From the NCBI RefSeq assembly GCF_902652985.1, contig NC_047024.1:36022001-36086000 (forward strand): a stretch of DNA of 64,000 nucleotides, written 5' to 3'. Position numbers and translations under genes: made by a program. The notes under the pieces were generated by a model. The model saw nothing but the letters and a program-made list of their open reading frames with translations. It did no database searches and was not told the DNA's origin. This stretch comes from Pecten maximus. Taxonomy: Eukaryota. Shown in pieces: positions 33,888-49,300 of this stretch (its first letter is position 1; every line of letters begins with the position of its first letter).

Positions 33888-36800
33888 TGCCACATCCATG
33901 TTCACTGTCATCGTCAGGCTGTCAACACTTTCTGTCAACATTTTGCTGTTAAGACTCGGAGTAACATGTTATGTTAACTTACTGTAAATGTAAGGATACA
34001 AAGCTGTTGTAATCACATTTGTCCATGGACCATTTTGAAAACTTCTGTCTTCCTGATCTTTCGCTCCGTTTCGTATACACTGTATATTGTGTGTGGTGTA
34101 AAATCTGAACTTTCTGTTGTTGCTGCTGCGGCTATGTGTAATGACCGATATGACTACATCATTTGTCAATCTGACTAAGTATTAGACCTTAGGGAAGACT
34201 TTCCCGGTATTTAACAGGTTCTTCAAAATGGTCCATTTCATCAAAATGTCAAACTTAAATGAATGCTATTATTGAAAATATAATGCTGTGATAAGAAATG
34301 GAAATCAAAATGGTTTGTTTTTATACTTTAATCTTCACAATGTGATATAACAGTATATAGGTATGTTAAATAGTGAATGGAATTTATTTAAAAAAGAAAC
34401 TCATTAAACGACCATCATATATATGTCTAATGACATCGCCATGACAACGTAAACAAGTTAGAAGCCTTACTGCCATTTAGAACCTATGTATGTAGTATAT
34501 ATAGTGCGACACGGATAGAGTATGACAAGGTGTAACACGCAGTATTAGTTGCTGATCAATGTTTTTATCACGTATACATGGTTTAGTTACATGTCAATGT
34601 GTTAAGTGTTTTTGTTCATTGTCTTCAAATCATAATTGACCAATAGACACTACAGCTGAAAGAATGGCATCAGACCCTACGAGGAAACACCATTGCCATT
34701 GCTTATATTGGTACCACAGTTCTTCACTGAAGTGGCTTATACAAGAAGATATTCAGGGAACTTTGAACACGATATTGATATGCATAATTCTAAAAAATAT
34801 ATTAAAGTTAGTTTGTTAAGTATTTATTTAGATATTTCCAGCTGTAGATTTTATACATAGTTCTATCTTTATTTTGTGATCCGTCCATATAATCATTTGA
34901 TGTATCAATCTCATATAATATTTTTATTAAGCAGAAGTAATTCCTTATAAAGGGAGATAACCGTGTTAGTTTACCCAAACAAGGGAGCATTTAGTGCTGT
35001 ATTTGTTAGAGAACTATGGAGATGATAGTAGTCATTATGTAGTAGTAGACTTGTACAGTGATCATTCTTGTCCTGTCACCAATCTTGTGCTGTTAATTGT
35101 GCCTAGATTTTGTTATGATTTGATTCATTCCCTCCAAAGAAACCTGTGATATTTACATTGTATAATATATTGCTTAAGTTAGAGGAAGCTAAACTGTATG
35201 TACAGCTTATAACTTCATGCTATGAATTGTTTATTACACAGATATATAATTACATGATGTAGGGGAAGATTATTTGTAGGTTTTGTTGAATTAAGGATTT
35301 AAATGCTGGAGGGATGTTTGGAACAAAATCTGTATTGATAGTAAGACACTTTATTGGTATTATTTCTCACCTTTTATATCTGATTCATGTTCATGTTTTT
35401 TTTCTTTTTAACTTTACAATTACATTGATAAAATTTCATTTTTTAATAAATTATGTAAAATATATAGCAATTTTTCTTTTCTTCATTTTTTAAATTTTTT
35501 TTTTAGAGATTTATAATATACAAGGTTTTCTGCGGTGATAAATGTTGATGGTAAATAATTGTCTATTTATAGATTCCTGTCCTGATTTACAAGTGAGGCA
35601 GGTTTTACTAACTTAAACAACTTCATGTTCCAGTAACCATATTAAGGAGGATAACCAGATAATCTGTGCTTTGTAGAAACTTTGTGTCCAGGTAGCCAGA
35701 GTTAAGAGTATTGAATGCTATGGAGAGGTTTATTTTTATTTAGCATTATCTTCTATCAAATTTTAAATAAATATGAAATTAATCTTAAGATGCGTTTCTT
35801 GTTTGTGACTTTTGTGAAACTACTGACTTAGATATACTGCATGGGTATATCCAAGTCTGTGGTGAAACCTATATAAGGTTACTACGATTTGTTGAATGCT
35901 CATGTTTTTTAAATAACAATTCTCTCTTTGACTGGTTGATAACTGAAGGAAGTCCTGCAACACCAGTTACACAAACTAATTATCACGTAGGTCTGCGACA
36001 ATGACGGGTGTAAACAAGGAAATAGTCAATCTCTAACCTTGCAACAATCACTAATGAGTTGAAATTGGTCATTTAAAGAATTATTTCCAAAAACCAATGC
36101 AGGACAGAATTTATACAGAAGAGACATCATAAATTTTGTGTCCGATGTGTAGGGAGTTATATAGAATAAATTATCAATGATTACTCTACAAATGGACCAT
36201 TTCTAATTAGAAAATCTAGACGTTTTTTCCAGCAAAGTAGGAGTAGGATAATTTTTCATGAAAATTTTTTCTGGTTTTTCGATGTCTTAAATTATTATTT
36301 TTAATATTGCATTCAAAAGATCATTTATCATTTATCATTTTTTCAAAGGAAAATAGAATTTTTTCATTTTTTTTTTTTTTCAGTGTGCATTGGACATTAA
36401 AAAGTGAATAGAGGGGGCTTATTCTTTAGCATGGGTTTATACCCAGTAAAATATGTTAATAATAAAAATGCTTGGAGATGTGACATCATGATAGGACTTC
36501 ATTTATTTTATTATCAAGGAAAACATCTATTAACCTCAGGGCTGTATACAATCCTTGTTTAAGAATTAAAGATAGATAATTGAACCATTCAAATAAGATT
36601 AAAACTTAATATAAAATATTTAAATTTTATTCATGCTTTCATATCAATGGGATATGAACAATGATTAAATTATGACAAATAAATATACACAAGTACATAA
36701 CAACAACCCACTGAAACATGTAACAAGGTGTTAAATACTTTCACTGGTATAAAGTACAGGAGCTTGGCATGGATTTCCAGCCCATGGTCCATATATATGT

Positions 36801-38094
36801 ACCATATATGGATTGTGGGTTGGAAATTCGTGCCAAGTCACTGGTATAAAGGTATATAGGTCCTTGTATATTGAAGTAGAACTTGTTTGATTTAACCATT
36901 TCAAGATGACGGAAAAACTGACTCAATAACAGCATGCAATAGTTTGCATACAGTATTACTGGCACAGTAATATAAATGTTTCTAACACCATTGTAACATG
37001 TACAAATACATATATATATTTATGTGGGTGTAATAAAACATCCAACAATGATTATTACTAGTACAGGTATATCATTGCACTAGTCACTGTCTAGTGTGAT
37101 TCACATAAACCAAGAGTAATCTCCCCTTATTAAGACCGACAGAGATTAGAAGTAATTCCTTACACCGAAATGTATCGAACAAATCAAAGTAACTTAGGAA
37201 AATATTAACTGCAGACTTTCAATAAAGTTTTTTTTTTGTGTGTGAAATTTATTTATTTATATTAATTGCTGGTACCCAATTTGAAAAGGCCTAGACATGG
37301 GCCGTTTTCATTTTTGCGGTCCAAACGGTTAGACCACTTGGACCGGTGTTGTTCGTTTATGAAAAAAAGACGGACCTGGTGATTTTATATTGTTTTCAGA
37401 CGAGCCTTGACAAATACTCCCAAGGCCTGTATTAACATTTGCAGGTCCGTCAAGATATAATATGTTTGAAATATTACATTTAAAAACTGACGCACCGGTT
37501 TGTCCGAGTAAACGAACAGGCCCCCGAATGTGATGGACATGACTATAATTCAACACAAGAATATATACAGTAAAACCCAGATATACCCTTGCTATGGCTG
37601 TTACCATTGTTCAGAAATAAATATTTACAAAGGATTTGGTGAAATGAAGAGTGAACCTAAATCATTAGAGGTGAATTACAGCTTTCTCCATTTAAACCTA
37701 GGTACTTCAAAATATCACTCCAAATATTGGCTTACTTTTTTATTTTGTAATGCTCACCTACTCCAGTTATTTTAGGCAATACAGATACTTTAACAAAGCC
37801 AGGTTTACTACCTAAAATGACCATTTGTTATGTACATGTCCATCTTTCATAAGTTTTACAGTTTTCCTAGAAATGTATAGAATTATTAAACACAATTTTA
37901 ATTTAAGTAGTGGTTTTATGAAATAACACACAGAACAAATAAGATAGACATTAATAATACAATTATATTGATGATTACATCAATGGATGGATGTTTTTCT
38001 TAACACTCCTTTACACATAAATAAACACATAATTAAATCAGTATTTTGATTAAACACTATTAAATGATAATATGTTTTATTAAAATGAAATTGG

Positions 38095-40005
38095 GACCTG
38101 TGACACCTCGCCATCCGTGTGATGTAGATTCTACAGAATTCTATAGAATTCCACTGTATGATGGACACAATAATGACTACATCAGACCTGTGACACCTCG
38201 TCATCAGTGGGACGTAGATTCTACAGAATTCTACAGAATTCCACTGTATGATGGACACAATAATGACTACATCAGACCTGTGACACCTCGCCATCAGTGG
38301 GACGTAGATTCTACAGAATTCCACTATATGATGGACACAATAATGACTACATCAGACCTGTGACACCTCGTCATCAGTGGGACGTAGATTCTACAGAATT
38401 CTACAGAATTCCACTGTATGATGGACACAATAATGACTACATCAGACCTGTGACACCTCGTCATCAGTGTGACGTAGATTCTACAGAATTCCACTGTATG
38501 ATGGACACAATAATGACTACATCAGACCTGTGACACCTCGTCATCAGTGGGACGTAGATTCTACAGAATTCTACAGAATTCCACTGTATGATGGACACAA
38601 TAATGACTACATCAGACCTGTGACACCTCGCCATCAGTGGGACGTAGATTCTACAGAATTCTACAGAATTCCACTGTATGATGGACACAATAATGACTAC
38701 ATCAGACCTGTGACACCTCGTCATCAGTGGGACGTAGATTCTACAGAATTCTACAGAATTCCACTGTATGATGGACACAATAATGACTACATCAGACCTG
38801 TGACACCTCGTCATCAGTGGGACGTAGATTCTACAGAATTCTACAGAATTCCACTGTATGATGGACACAATAATGACTACATCAGACCTGTGACACCTCG
38901 CCATCAGTGGGACGTAGATTCTACAGAATTCTACAGAATTCCACTGTATGATGGACACAATAATGACTACATCAGACCTGTGACACCTCGCCATCAGTGG
39001 GACGTAGATTCTACAGAATTCTACAGAATTCCACTGTACGATGGACACAATAATGACTACAGTATACCTGTGACATCTCGCCATCAGTGGGACGTAGATT
39101 CTACAGAATTCTACAGAATTCCACTGTATGATGGACACAATAATGACTACATCAGACCTGTGACACCTCGCCATCAGTGGGACGTAGATTCTACAGAATT
39201 CTACAGAATTCCACTGTATGATGGACACAATGATGACTACATCAGACCTGTGACACCTCGTCATCAGTGGGACGTAGATTCTACAGAATTCCACTGTATG
39301 ATGGACACAATAATGACTACATCAGACCTGTGACACCTCGCCATCAGTGGGACGTAGATTCTACAGAATTCCACTGTATGATGGACACAATAATGACTAC
39401 ATCAGACCTGTGACACCTCACCATCAGTGGGACGTAGATTCTACAGAATTCCACTGTATGATGGACACAATGATGACTACATCAGACCTGTGACACCTCG
39501 TCATCAGTGGGACGTAGATTCTACAGAATTCCACTGTATGATGGACACAATAATGACTACATCAGACCTGTGACACCTCGTCATCAGTGGGACGTAGATT
39601 CTACAGAATTCCACTGTATGATGGACACAATAATGACTACATCAGACCTGTGACACCTCACCATCAGTGGGACGTAGATTCTACAGAATTCCACTGTATG
39701 ATGGACACAATAATGACTACAGTATACCTGTGACACCTCGCCATCAGTGGGACGTAGATTCTACAGAATTCTACAGAATTCCATCGTATGATGGACACAA
39801 TGATGACTACATCAGACCTGTGACACCTCGCCATCAGTGGGACGTAGATTCTACAGAATTCTACAGAATTCCACTATATGATGGACACAATAATGACTAC
39901 ATCAGACCTGTGACACCTCGTCATCAGTGGGACGTAGATTCTACAGAATTCTACAGAATTCCACTGTATGATGGACACAATAATGACTACATCAGACCTG
40001 TGACA
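38095..40005. repeat. 80/90-bp tandem repeat with optional 10-mer ctacagaatt
   Basis: ~22 copies. Confidence 0.97.
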
Positions 40006-42560
40006 ACTGTCAGAGGTAGTACTTCTTTTAGACTTATAGTTAGTACATATGACAAGGAGCTAAATACTTAAACACATGGTCACTTTAATCATTCCATGAT
40101 AAAAAAAAATTGTACATTTTGGAAAGCACTTGTACAACACATATTGTAACTTTATCAAATTAGGAAATAACATCACCAACAATAGCATAATGTTACAATG
40201 GACATGGAGACTATTGTAAGTAAATATGGCATGTTGAGAACTTCAAGAATCACACCGAACATCCTGTTTTTTCCAATTAATTAAAATAAATTGATCAGGT
40301 AACAGAAATTACCTTAAATATGTTTCAGATGTATAATGACACAAATTCTGACAGTTTATCTAACTTAACTAGACTCCTATAACACTGGCCAGAAATGAGA
40401 ACTTAAATGCAAGATCCTATATACAAGATTATATGAACAATACTATACTGTAATTATACTGGAGAAATCATCATGTTAAACATATTAGTATTTGTTAGAA
40501 ATTCTTCATCAGGATACATGTAGGGATAGCATATTGCTACAAGGAATTCATGTATATACGGTCTCCTTTTGTTAAATTTTAACCTTTTCAGACAAATAAA
40601 AACACATATCCTTTTGTAGACATTAGTGACGTACAAAAACATTTATATATACATTAACAAAAACAGTATATCATAACTATAACAATGTAGAATCTCACAA
40701 CAATATTCCTTAGTAAACTCCATTCTATTATCAGAAACAATCACAAAAGACTTGGACTAAGAGTTTTCCTCGTTCTTTAATCACACTGGGTGGTATCCAA
40801 ACAAGGGATAGAAGGAACCAACCAACCAAGTCATAGGAATGGAGCTTGTTCTATTCCTTGGTTTAAACTCCTTCCTCAATAATTAACATGCCATTGTAAT
40901 GCCCAAAGATGTTTTTTCTATTTAAATAATAAGATCAAACCTACAGCTGACACAGGATAACCAAACATATTAAAACACCAGTAAAGTAAACAGTGCCATG
41001 GAAAAACAATATTTGTGATTTTTCAAGATGGAGAGCATCCAAGAGGAAATGCTTCAAAAATTAAAAATGGGATTAAAAATGAAGCATAATCCCTTTTCAC
41101 ATATCCTAAAAAATTGTAATAACAAACGTTGATCATTGTTTGGTGAAATTTGGTGTTGGCAATAAATAAAATTCATGATTAATTTTTTTCATAATGAGCA
41201 ACACTGTTTACATCTTCTTCATTATATCATGCTTGATGACAGCACTGCAACCCTAAGGCTAACAAAGTTTATTCAAGACAACTTTTATTTTCTTGAGTAT
41301 ACTCAAAGAGATAATATCTACGAAAAAAAAAAAAAAAAGTTTCTATAAACGCTAATATCAATCATTTTGAGTTTTATCAAAGTATGTGGATTACTTTATT
41401 TGAGGAGTAGCATACACTACTATGTACAATAGTTTATATGTTAATTTCTAAAATCAGTAATTATGACCCACATTTGTAATGCATGACCTTGATACTTCAG
41501 CCTTAATCTAGTCAATCATTTAATTCATGATATCAAAAACTACTATAAGCTATAGGCAAAATCTTTCATATCAAGTTTCTAACAATAGTAATGGTAACCT
41601 TCAGTGACCTTAAATGTTAAATGGGACCTTAGAAGGAACAATGAAGCTTCATAAAAAAAGACATCTTACGCTTGACTCTAAATGTCCATCAAATACAGTT
41701 GCATTCGAAGATTTAACGAACATGACCTTGAATGAGGGTCAATACAATCATTTATTCTGGTATGGTGTATTACAGATACCATTGATTACATAGTGAATAC
41801 CCACCTCCCTGGCCCCATCTTTACACCCCTACCACCCTCATCCCTACCACCCTCACCCCTACCACCATTCACATCCCCCCAGCTAGTTGGGACTGTCATA
41901 AAAGTTGCAATTGGTATTGCATTAAAATATTGAAAATTTGAAACACAACAAATCAACATTTCTTCCTCAGATTTGTTTTGTCACATCATGTTGCATAAAT
42001 ACAGTGATAGAAGCTATTCCTACTCTGATATAACAAAACATTTACGACATCTAAAACAAATTACCGGTAAGACACTTAACAAGTAACAGGTTATCACATC
42101 TCTATCATAGTTTTACCGTCTACTGGCAAACTTGTTTACTTATATATAGGTAATCTATATGAGAATCTTCTAACAAATGTAGCCCAGCTTAGCACTATAG
42201 TAGGTACAGCCATCTCACAACAAATAAATATTAGGTACAGCCATCTTTTCAACCCTACAATACCACACAATCATTTAAAACCCCAATTCAAAAGCAATAT
42301 TCATAACAATTCAGGATCTTGGTATATGACTGGCTACCCTAATGTAAACCATTTTATACCAATTTCCTTCCAGGAGATGGGTATCCTGTGTAGAACCATC
42401 CTTAATGTACAAACTTCCTGACAATAATGGTATCTCAATTTGCAAACATTTTCTCTTGAGCAAATATAGCAACTACTTTTAACACATTTGTTTTTCACAA
42501 CAATGAAATTAAAACTAGTATACCAAATCATGTCTCCTTTGTCCGACCACCAACCACCAA

Positions 42561-42714
42561 AGGTTTTCATTTCTGATATAAACAAAGATGTTTTATAATG
42601 TAATAAGACATGTTTGTTTACAAAGATGCTTTATAATGTAATAAGACATGTTTGTTTATAAAGATGTTTTATAATGTAATAAGACATGTTTGTTTATATC
42701 AGAAATGAAAACCT
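42561..42714. repeat. 26-bp perfect inverted repeat enclosing three ~38-bp direct repeats
   Basis: aggttttcatttctgatataaacaaa (42561-42586) / tttgtttatatcagaaatgaaaacct (42689-42714). Confidence 0.85.
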
Positions 42715-43156
42715 GTGCAACCAGTTTGTTCCAAATGACAATAACGGTCCCCTCTAAACCACAACAACTTTCCACTCTCTTCTGATATATAATACCGTTG
42801 CTATCATGCAAGCGAAAATGGGAGATTAACAAGACTCAGGACATGTAGATATATACCGGGAGCTATTTCAGCAGAGTCAATCCAAATTCATCAGTTTATA
42901 GCAATCAGTTCCTACAAGTTCAGAGTCTATATATCTATTGTTATGCAACAAAATCTTGCAATAAACATTTTAGTTCCATATTTTCAATATTTTGACTCTA
43001 GAAAGTGTGTGCATTGTCAATCATAGGTTAGTGTTAGCCACCGAAAACTTGGAATGATGTGACCCAATATTTGCAATGATATGACCTGAATAGCACTGTG
43101 ACACCATCAATATAGCACTAATTTGATCCCTACACCTGTAAACAACAATGACAGCA

Positions 43157-43319
43157 CTAGTGTGATTCAGGTTGTCCTTTATTGTCAACTATTCCAAGCA
43201 GATAATCCTTCACTTCGGATTGGAACTCGTTAGGAGATGGTTTCTCTGTGAGCACCCACGTATCATCCCTACTTCGTACCTTTGCACGGCATATAGGACA
43301 GGTACGGCTAGAGTCATTC
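43157..43319 (-). CDS. RNF141: RNF141 last coding exon (RING C-half)
   Basis: 163 bp, RTCPICR..KGQPESH*. Confidence 0.93.
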
Positions 43320-46300
43320 CTAAAACAAAATTTCACAAAGAAATTTTTGACTGGGTGTAGACAAAACATAAATTTTTCATGGACAATCTACAGACAAAAC
43401 AAAACAGTTTCATTGACACACTAGAGACAAACAAAACAAAGATTTAAAAAACGGCCCACTGACACAAACGCTTGATGGACAATCTAGAAACAAAACCGTA
43501 AGATATGATTGACAACCTATAGACAAAACAAAGACTTCATAGACAACCTTTGGACAAAACACAAAAGCTTCACACTATATTAAGCTATACTTAAATTTTT
43601 CTTCAATAAAAATTGTTTAACTGTTAAATATCATTTGACAGATAGCAGATAAAAAGGACACATTCTTCGAACTGATCAGGCTTTAAATCTTAATATAGAA
43701 AAGCAAAGACTTTTTATGAGCTCACCATTGATCTATACAGCTCTCACAAAACTTGTGGTTACAGGCAAGGATGATCTCAGACTTATTCTCCATACAAATA
43801 CAGCACTCTGTGTCCTCTGTGTCACCTTCTCTGGCTGTCCTGAAACAAACATTCTGTTCACTAAGGCACTGTCAAAGGCTACCCAGACATTCAATAAATC
43901 TACTGTTCACTAAGGCACTGTCAAAGGTTACCCAGACATTCAATAACTGTTCACTAAGGCACTGTCAAAGGCTACCCAGACATTCAATAAATCTACTGTT
44001 CACTAAGGCACTGTCAAAGGCTACCCAGACATTCAATAAATCTACTGTTCACCAAGGCACTGTCAAAGGCTACCCAGACATTCAATAAATCTACTGTTCA
44101 CTAAGGCACTGTCAAAGGCTACCCAGACATTCAATAAATCTACTGTTCACTAAGGCACTTTCAAAGGCTACCCAGACATTCAATAAATCTACTGTTCACT
44201 AAAGCACTGTCAAAGGCTACCCAGACCTTCAATAAATCTACTGTTCACTAAGGCACTGTCAAAGGCTACCCAGACATTCAATAAATCTACTGTTCACTAA
44301 AGCACTGTCAAAGGCTACCCAGACATTCAATAAATCTACTGTTCACTAAAGCACTGTCAAAGGCTACCCAGACCTTCAATAAATCTACTGTTCACTAAGG
44401 CACTGTCAAAGGCTACCCAGACATTCAATAAATCTACTGTTCACTAAAGCACTGTCAAAGGCTACCCAGACATTCAATAAATCTACTGTTCACCAAGGCA
44501 CTGTCAAAGGCTACCCAGACATTCAATAAATCTACTGTTCACTAAGGCACTGTCAAAGGCTACCCAGACATTCAATAACTGTTCACTAAGGCACTGTCAA
44601 AGGCTACCAAGACATTCAATAAATCTACTGTTCACTAAGGCACTGTCAAAGGCTACCCAGACATTCAATAAATCTACTGTTCACCAAGGCACTGTCAAAG
44701 GCTACCCAGACCTTCAATAAATCTACTGTTCACTAAGGCACTGTCAAAGGCTACTCAGATCTAGACATTCAATAAATCTACTGTTCACCAAGGCACTGTC
44801 AAGAGTTACCCAGACATTCAATAAATATACTGTTCACCAAGGCACTGTCAAAGGCTACCCAGACATTCAATAAATCTACTGTTCACTAAGGCACTGTCAA
44901 AGGCTACCCAGACATTCAATAAATCTACTGTTCACTAAGGCACTGTCAAGAGTTACCCAGACATTCAATAAATCTACTGTTCACTAAGGCACTGTCAAAG
45001 GCTTCCCAGACATTCAATAAATCTACTGTTCACTAAGGCACTGTCAAAGGCTTCCCAGACATTCAATAAATCTACTGTTCACTAAGGCACTGTCAAAGGC
45101 TACCCAGACCTTCAATAAATCTACTGTTCACTAAGGCACTGTCAAAGGCTACCCAGACATTCAATAAATCTACTGTTCACTAAGGCACTGTCAAAGGCTA
45201 CCCAGACATTTAATAACTGTTCACTAAGGCACTGTCAAAGGCTACCCAGACATTCAATAAATCTACTGTTCACCAAGGCACTGTCAAAGGCTACCCAGAC
45301 ATTCAATAAATCTACTGTTCACTAAGGCACTGTCAAAGGCTACCCAGACATTCAATAACTGTTCACTAAGGCACTGTCAAAGGCTACCAAGACATTCAAT
45401 AAATCTACTGTTCACCAAGGCACTGTCAAAGGCTACCCAGACATTCAATAAATCTACTGTTCACCAAGGCACTGTCAAAGGCTACCCAGACCTTCAATAA
45501 ATCTACTGTTCACTAAGGCACTGTCAAAGGCTACCCAGACATTCAATAAATCTACTGTTCACTAAGGCACTGTCAAAGGTTACCCAGACATTCAATAACT
45601 GTTCACTAAGGCACTGTCAAAGGCTACCCAGACATTCAATAAATCTACTGTTCACTAAGGCACTGTCAAAGGCTACCCAGACATTCAATAAATCTACTGT
45701 TCACCAAGGCACTGTCAAAGGCTACCCAGACATTCAATAAATCTACTGTTCACTAAGGCACTGTCAAAGGCTACCCAGACATTCAATAAATCTACTGTTC
45801 ACTAAGGCACTTTCAAAGGCTACCCAGACATTCAATAAATCTACTGTTCACTAAAGCACTGTCAAAGGCTACCCAGACCTTCAATAAATCTACTGTTCAC
45901 TAAGGCACTGTCAAAGGCTACCCAGACATTCAATAAATCTACTGTTCACTAAAGCACTGTCAAAAGTTACCCAGACATTCAATAAATCTACTGTTCACTA
46001 AAGCACTGTCAAAGGCTACCCAGACATTCAATAAATCTACTGTTCACTAAGGCACTGTCAAAGGCTTCCCAGACATTCAATAAATCTACTGTTCACTAAG
46101 GCACTGTCAAAGGCTACCCAGACATTCAATAAATCTACTGTTCACTAAAGCACTGTCAAAAGTTACCCAGACATTCAATAAATCTACTGTTCACTAAAGC
46201 ACTGTCAAAGGCTACCCAGACATTCAATAAATCTACTGTTCACTAAGGTACTGTCAAAGGCTTCCCAGACATTCAATAAATCTACTGTTCACTAAGGCAC

Positions 46301-49300
46301 TGTCAAAGGCTTCCAAGACATTCAATAAATCTACTGTTCACTAAAGCACTGTCAAAGGCTACCCAGACATTCAATAAATCTACTGTTCACTAAGGCACTG
46401 TCAAAGGCTACCCAGACATTCAATAAATCTACTGTTCACTAAAGCACTGTCAAAGGCTACCCAGACATTCAATAAATCTACTGTTCACCAAGGCACTGTC
46501 AAAGGCTACCCAGACATTCAATAAATCTACTGTTCACTAAGGCACTGTCAAAGGCTACCCAGACATTCAATAAATCTACTGTTCACTAAAGCACTGTCAA
46601 AGGCTACCCAGACATTCAATAAATCTACTGTTCACCAAGGCACTGTCAAAGGCTACCCAGACATTCAATAAATCTACTGTTCACTAAGGCACTGTCAAAG
46701 GCTACTCAGATCTAGACATTCAATAAATCTACTGTTCACCAAGGCACTGTCAAGAGTTACCCAGACATTCAATAAATATACTGTTCACCAAGGCACTGTC
46801 AAAGGCTTCCAAGACATTCAATAAATCCAAAAATGTGAACAAATGAAAACATGCAAAATACCTGTATAGCTATTATTACCAAATGAATACATCATTGGAA
46901 AATAAAGGCTTTTTATCATTCAGGAACAGTTATCTTCTTGTTACATTATCACATTAATACATGTAATAATATACGGTAGACTGTATTGCCCTTTACTTAG
47001 ACACTGATTTGACAGCACCTTGGGAATGATTTTTATTGATGAATTCAAGTTTTTTTTTTTTTCAAAATCAATTTTTTTCTGGGATTACTCACGAAACAAA
47101 AAACAAAAATCACAAATCTTAAGTGAAATTAATCCCTTGTGACATTAAAATGCTTTACAATATCTAGCTCTAGATATTGTTGCTGATAATATCATAGCAG
47201 ATTGCTGGTATATACATATCAGAGATTCGTGCAATTTACACCCCTTACTCGTCAAATATGATGGAGGCTGTTATATCGCTCGAGGCTCCCAGGGGTGACG
47301 GCATGGATGTTTGGTCTGAGTTGAGGGACATGCTGGACACTTGGTCTGTGATCTCGCTGTACACCTCTATATATTGGCGTAGTTTGAGGATACGTGAGGA
47401 CTCAATGAGGTTAAGTCGTGTGTTCACCTAGAAATGCAATAATTTAATATTATACAATTACAGCAGTAGAAATGATTACAAACGCCACTGCATTTTCCTT
47501 ATCTACGACAGCACTCACACCATTGTAATAAAAGATTATTGTTACCAAATACCCCCATGGTAACTGTTTGATAGATGACGAGAATGGGTAGACTCATTGT
47601 GAGATTGTTTGTTTGTTTTTGTTTAACGTCCTATTAACAGCCAGGGTCATTTAAGGACGCGCCAGGTTTTGGAGGTAGAGTAAAGCCGGAGTACCCGGAG
47701 AAAAACCACCGGCCTACTGTCAGTACCTGGCAACTGCCCCACGTAGGTTTCGAACTCGCAACCCAGAGGTGGAGGGCTAGTGTTAAAGTGTCGGGACACC
47801 TTAACCACTCGGCCACCGCGGCCCCTCATTGTAAGAATATGTGAACTTGGTGAGAATCGACAAGAGCTGATGTTTGTTGTTATCCATACCTTTCAGTTGT
47901 TTTCCATATATTCTGTTTAGAGCACTGACCATTTATTATCTTGTTTCATATCTACAATTCCTTACAATGTAGTAGACAGTAAGTTATACCATACATATCT
48001 ACAATTCTTTACAATGATATAGTAGACAGTAAGTTATACCATACATATCTACAATTCTTTACAATGATATAGTAGACAGTAAGTTATACCATACATATCT
48101 ACAATTCCTTACAATGATGTAGTAGACAGTAAGTTATACCATACATATCTACAATTCTTTACAATGATATAGTAGACAGTAAGTTATACCATACATATCT
48201 ACAATTCTTTACAATGATATAGTAGACAGTAAGTTATACCATACATATCTACAATTCCTTACAATGTAGTAGACAGTAAGTTATACCATACATATCTACA
48301 ATTCATTACAATGTAGTAGGTAGTAAGTTATACCATACATATCTACAATTCCTTCCTATGTAGTAGGCAGTAAGTTATACCATACATATCTACAATTCTT
48401 TACAATGTAGTAGGCAGTAAGTTATACCATACATATCTACAATTCTTTACAATGTAGTAGGCAGTAAGTTATACCATACATATCTACAATTCTTTACAAT
48501 GTAGTAGGCAGTAAGTTATACCATACATATCTACAATTCTTTACAATGTAGTAGGCAGTAAGTTATACCATACATATCTACAATTCTTTACAATGATGTA
48601 GTAGACAGTAAGTTATACCATACATATCTACAATTCTTTACAATGATGTAGTAGACAGTAAGTTATACCATACATATCTACAATTCTTTACAATGATGTA
48701 GTAGACAGTAAGTTATACCATACATATCTACAATTCCTTACAATGTAGTAGACAGTAAGTTATACCATACATATCTACAATTCTTTACAATGTAGTAGAC
48801 AGTAAGTTATACCATACATATCTACAATTCTTTACAATGTAGTAGGCAGTAAGTTATACCATACATATCTACAATTCTTTACAATGTAGTAGACAGTAAG
48901 TTATACCATACATATCTACAATTCTTTACAATGATATAGTAGACAGTAAGTTATACCATACATATCTACAATTCTTTACAATGTAGTAGGCAGTAAGTTA
49001 TACCATACATATCTACAATTCTTTACAATGTAGTAGACAGTAAGTTATACCATACATATCTACAATTCCTTACAATGTAGTAGACAGTAAGTTATACCAT
49101 ACATATCTACAATTCATTACAATGTAGTAGACAGTAAGTTATACCATACATATCTACAATTCTTTACAATGTAGTAGACAGTAAGTTATACCATACATAT
49201 CTACAATTCTTTACAATGATATAGTAGACAGTAAGTTATACCATACATATCTACAATTCTTTACAATGATATAGTAGACAGTAAGTTATACCATACATAT

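Noticed and set aside
37275-37550. CpG-rich segment with partial inverted motifs (gacggacctg / caggtccgtc)
   Set aside because: Probably a DNA-transposon relic, but no clear termini or TSD could be defined.
38064-40071. CRISPR-like regularity and long ORFs
   Set aside because: No unique spacers, no cas genes, eukaryotic context; a plain tandem repeat.
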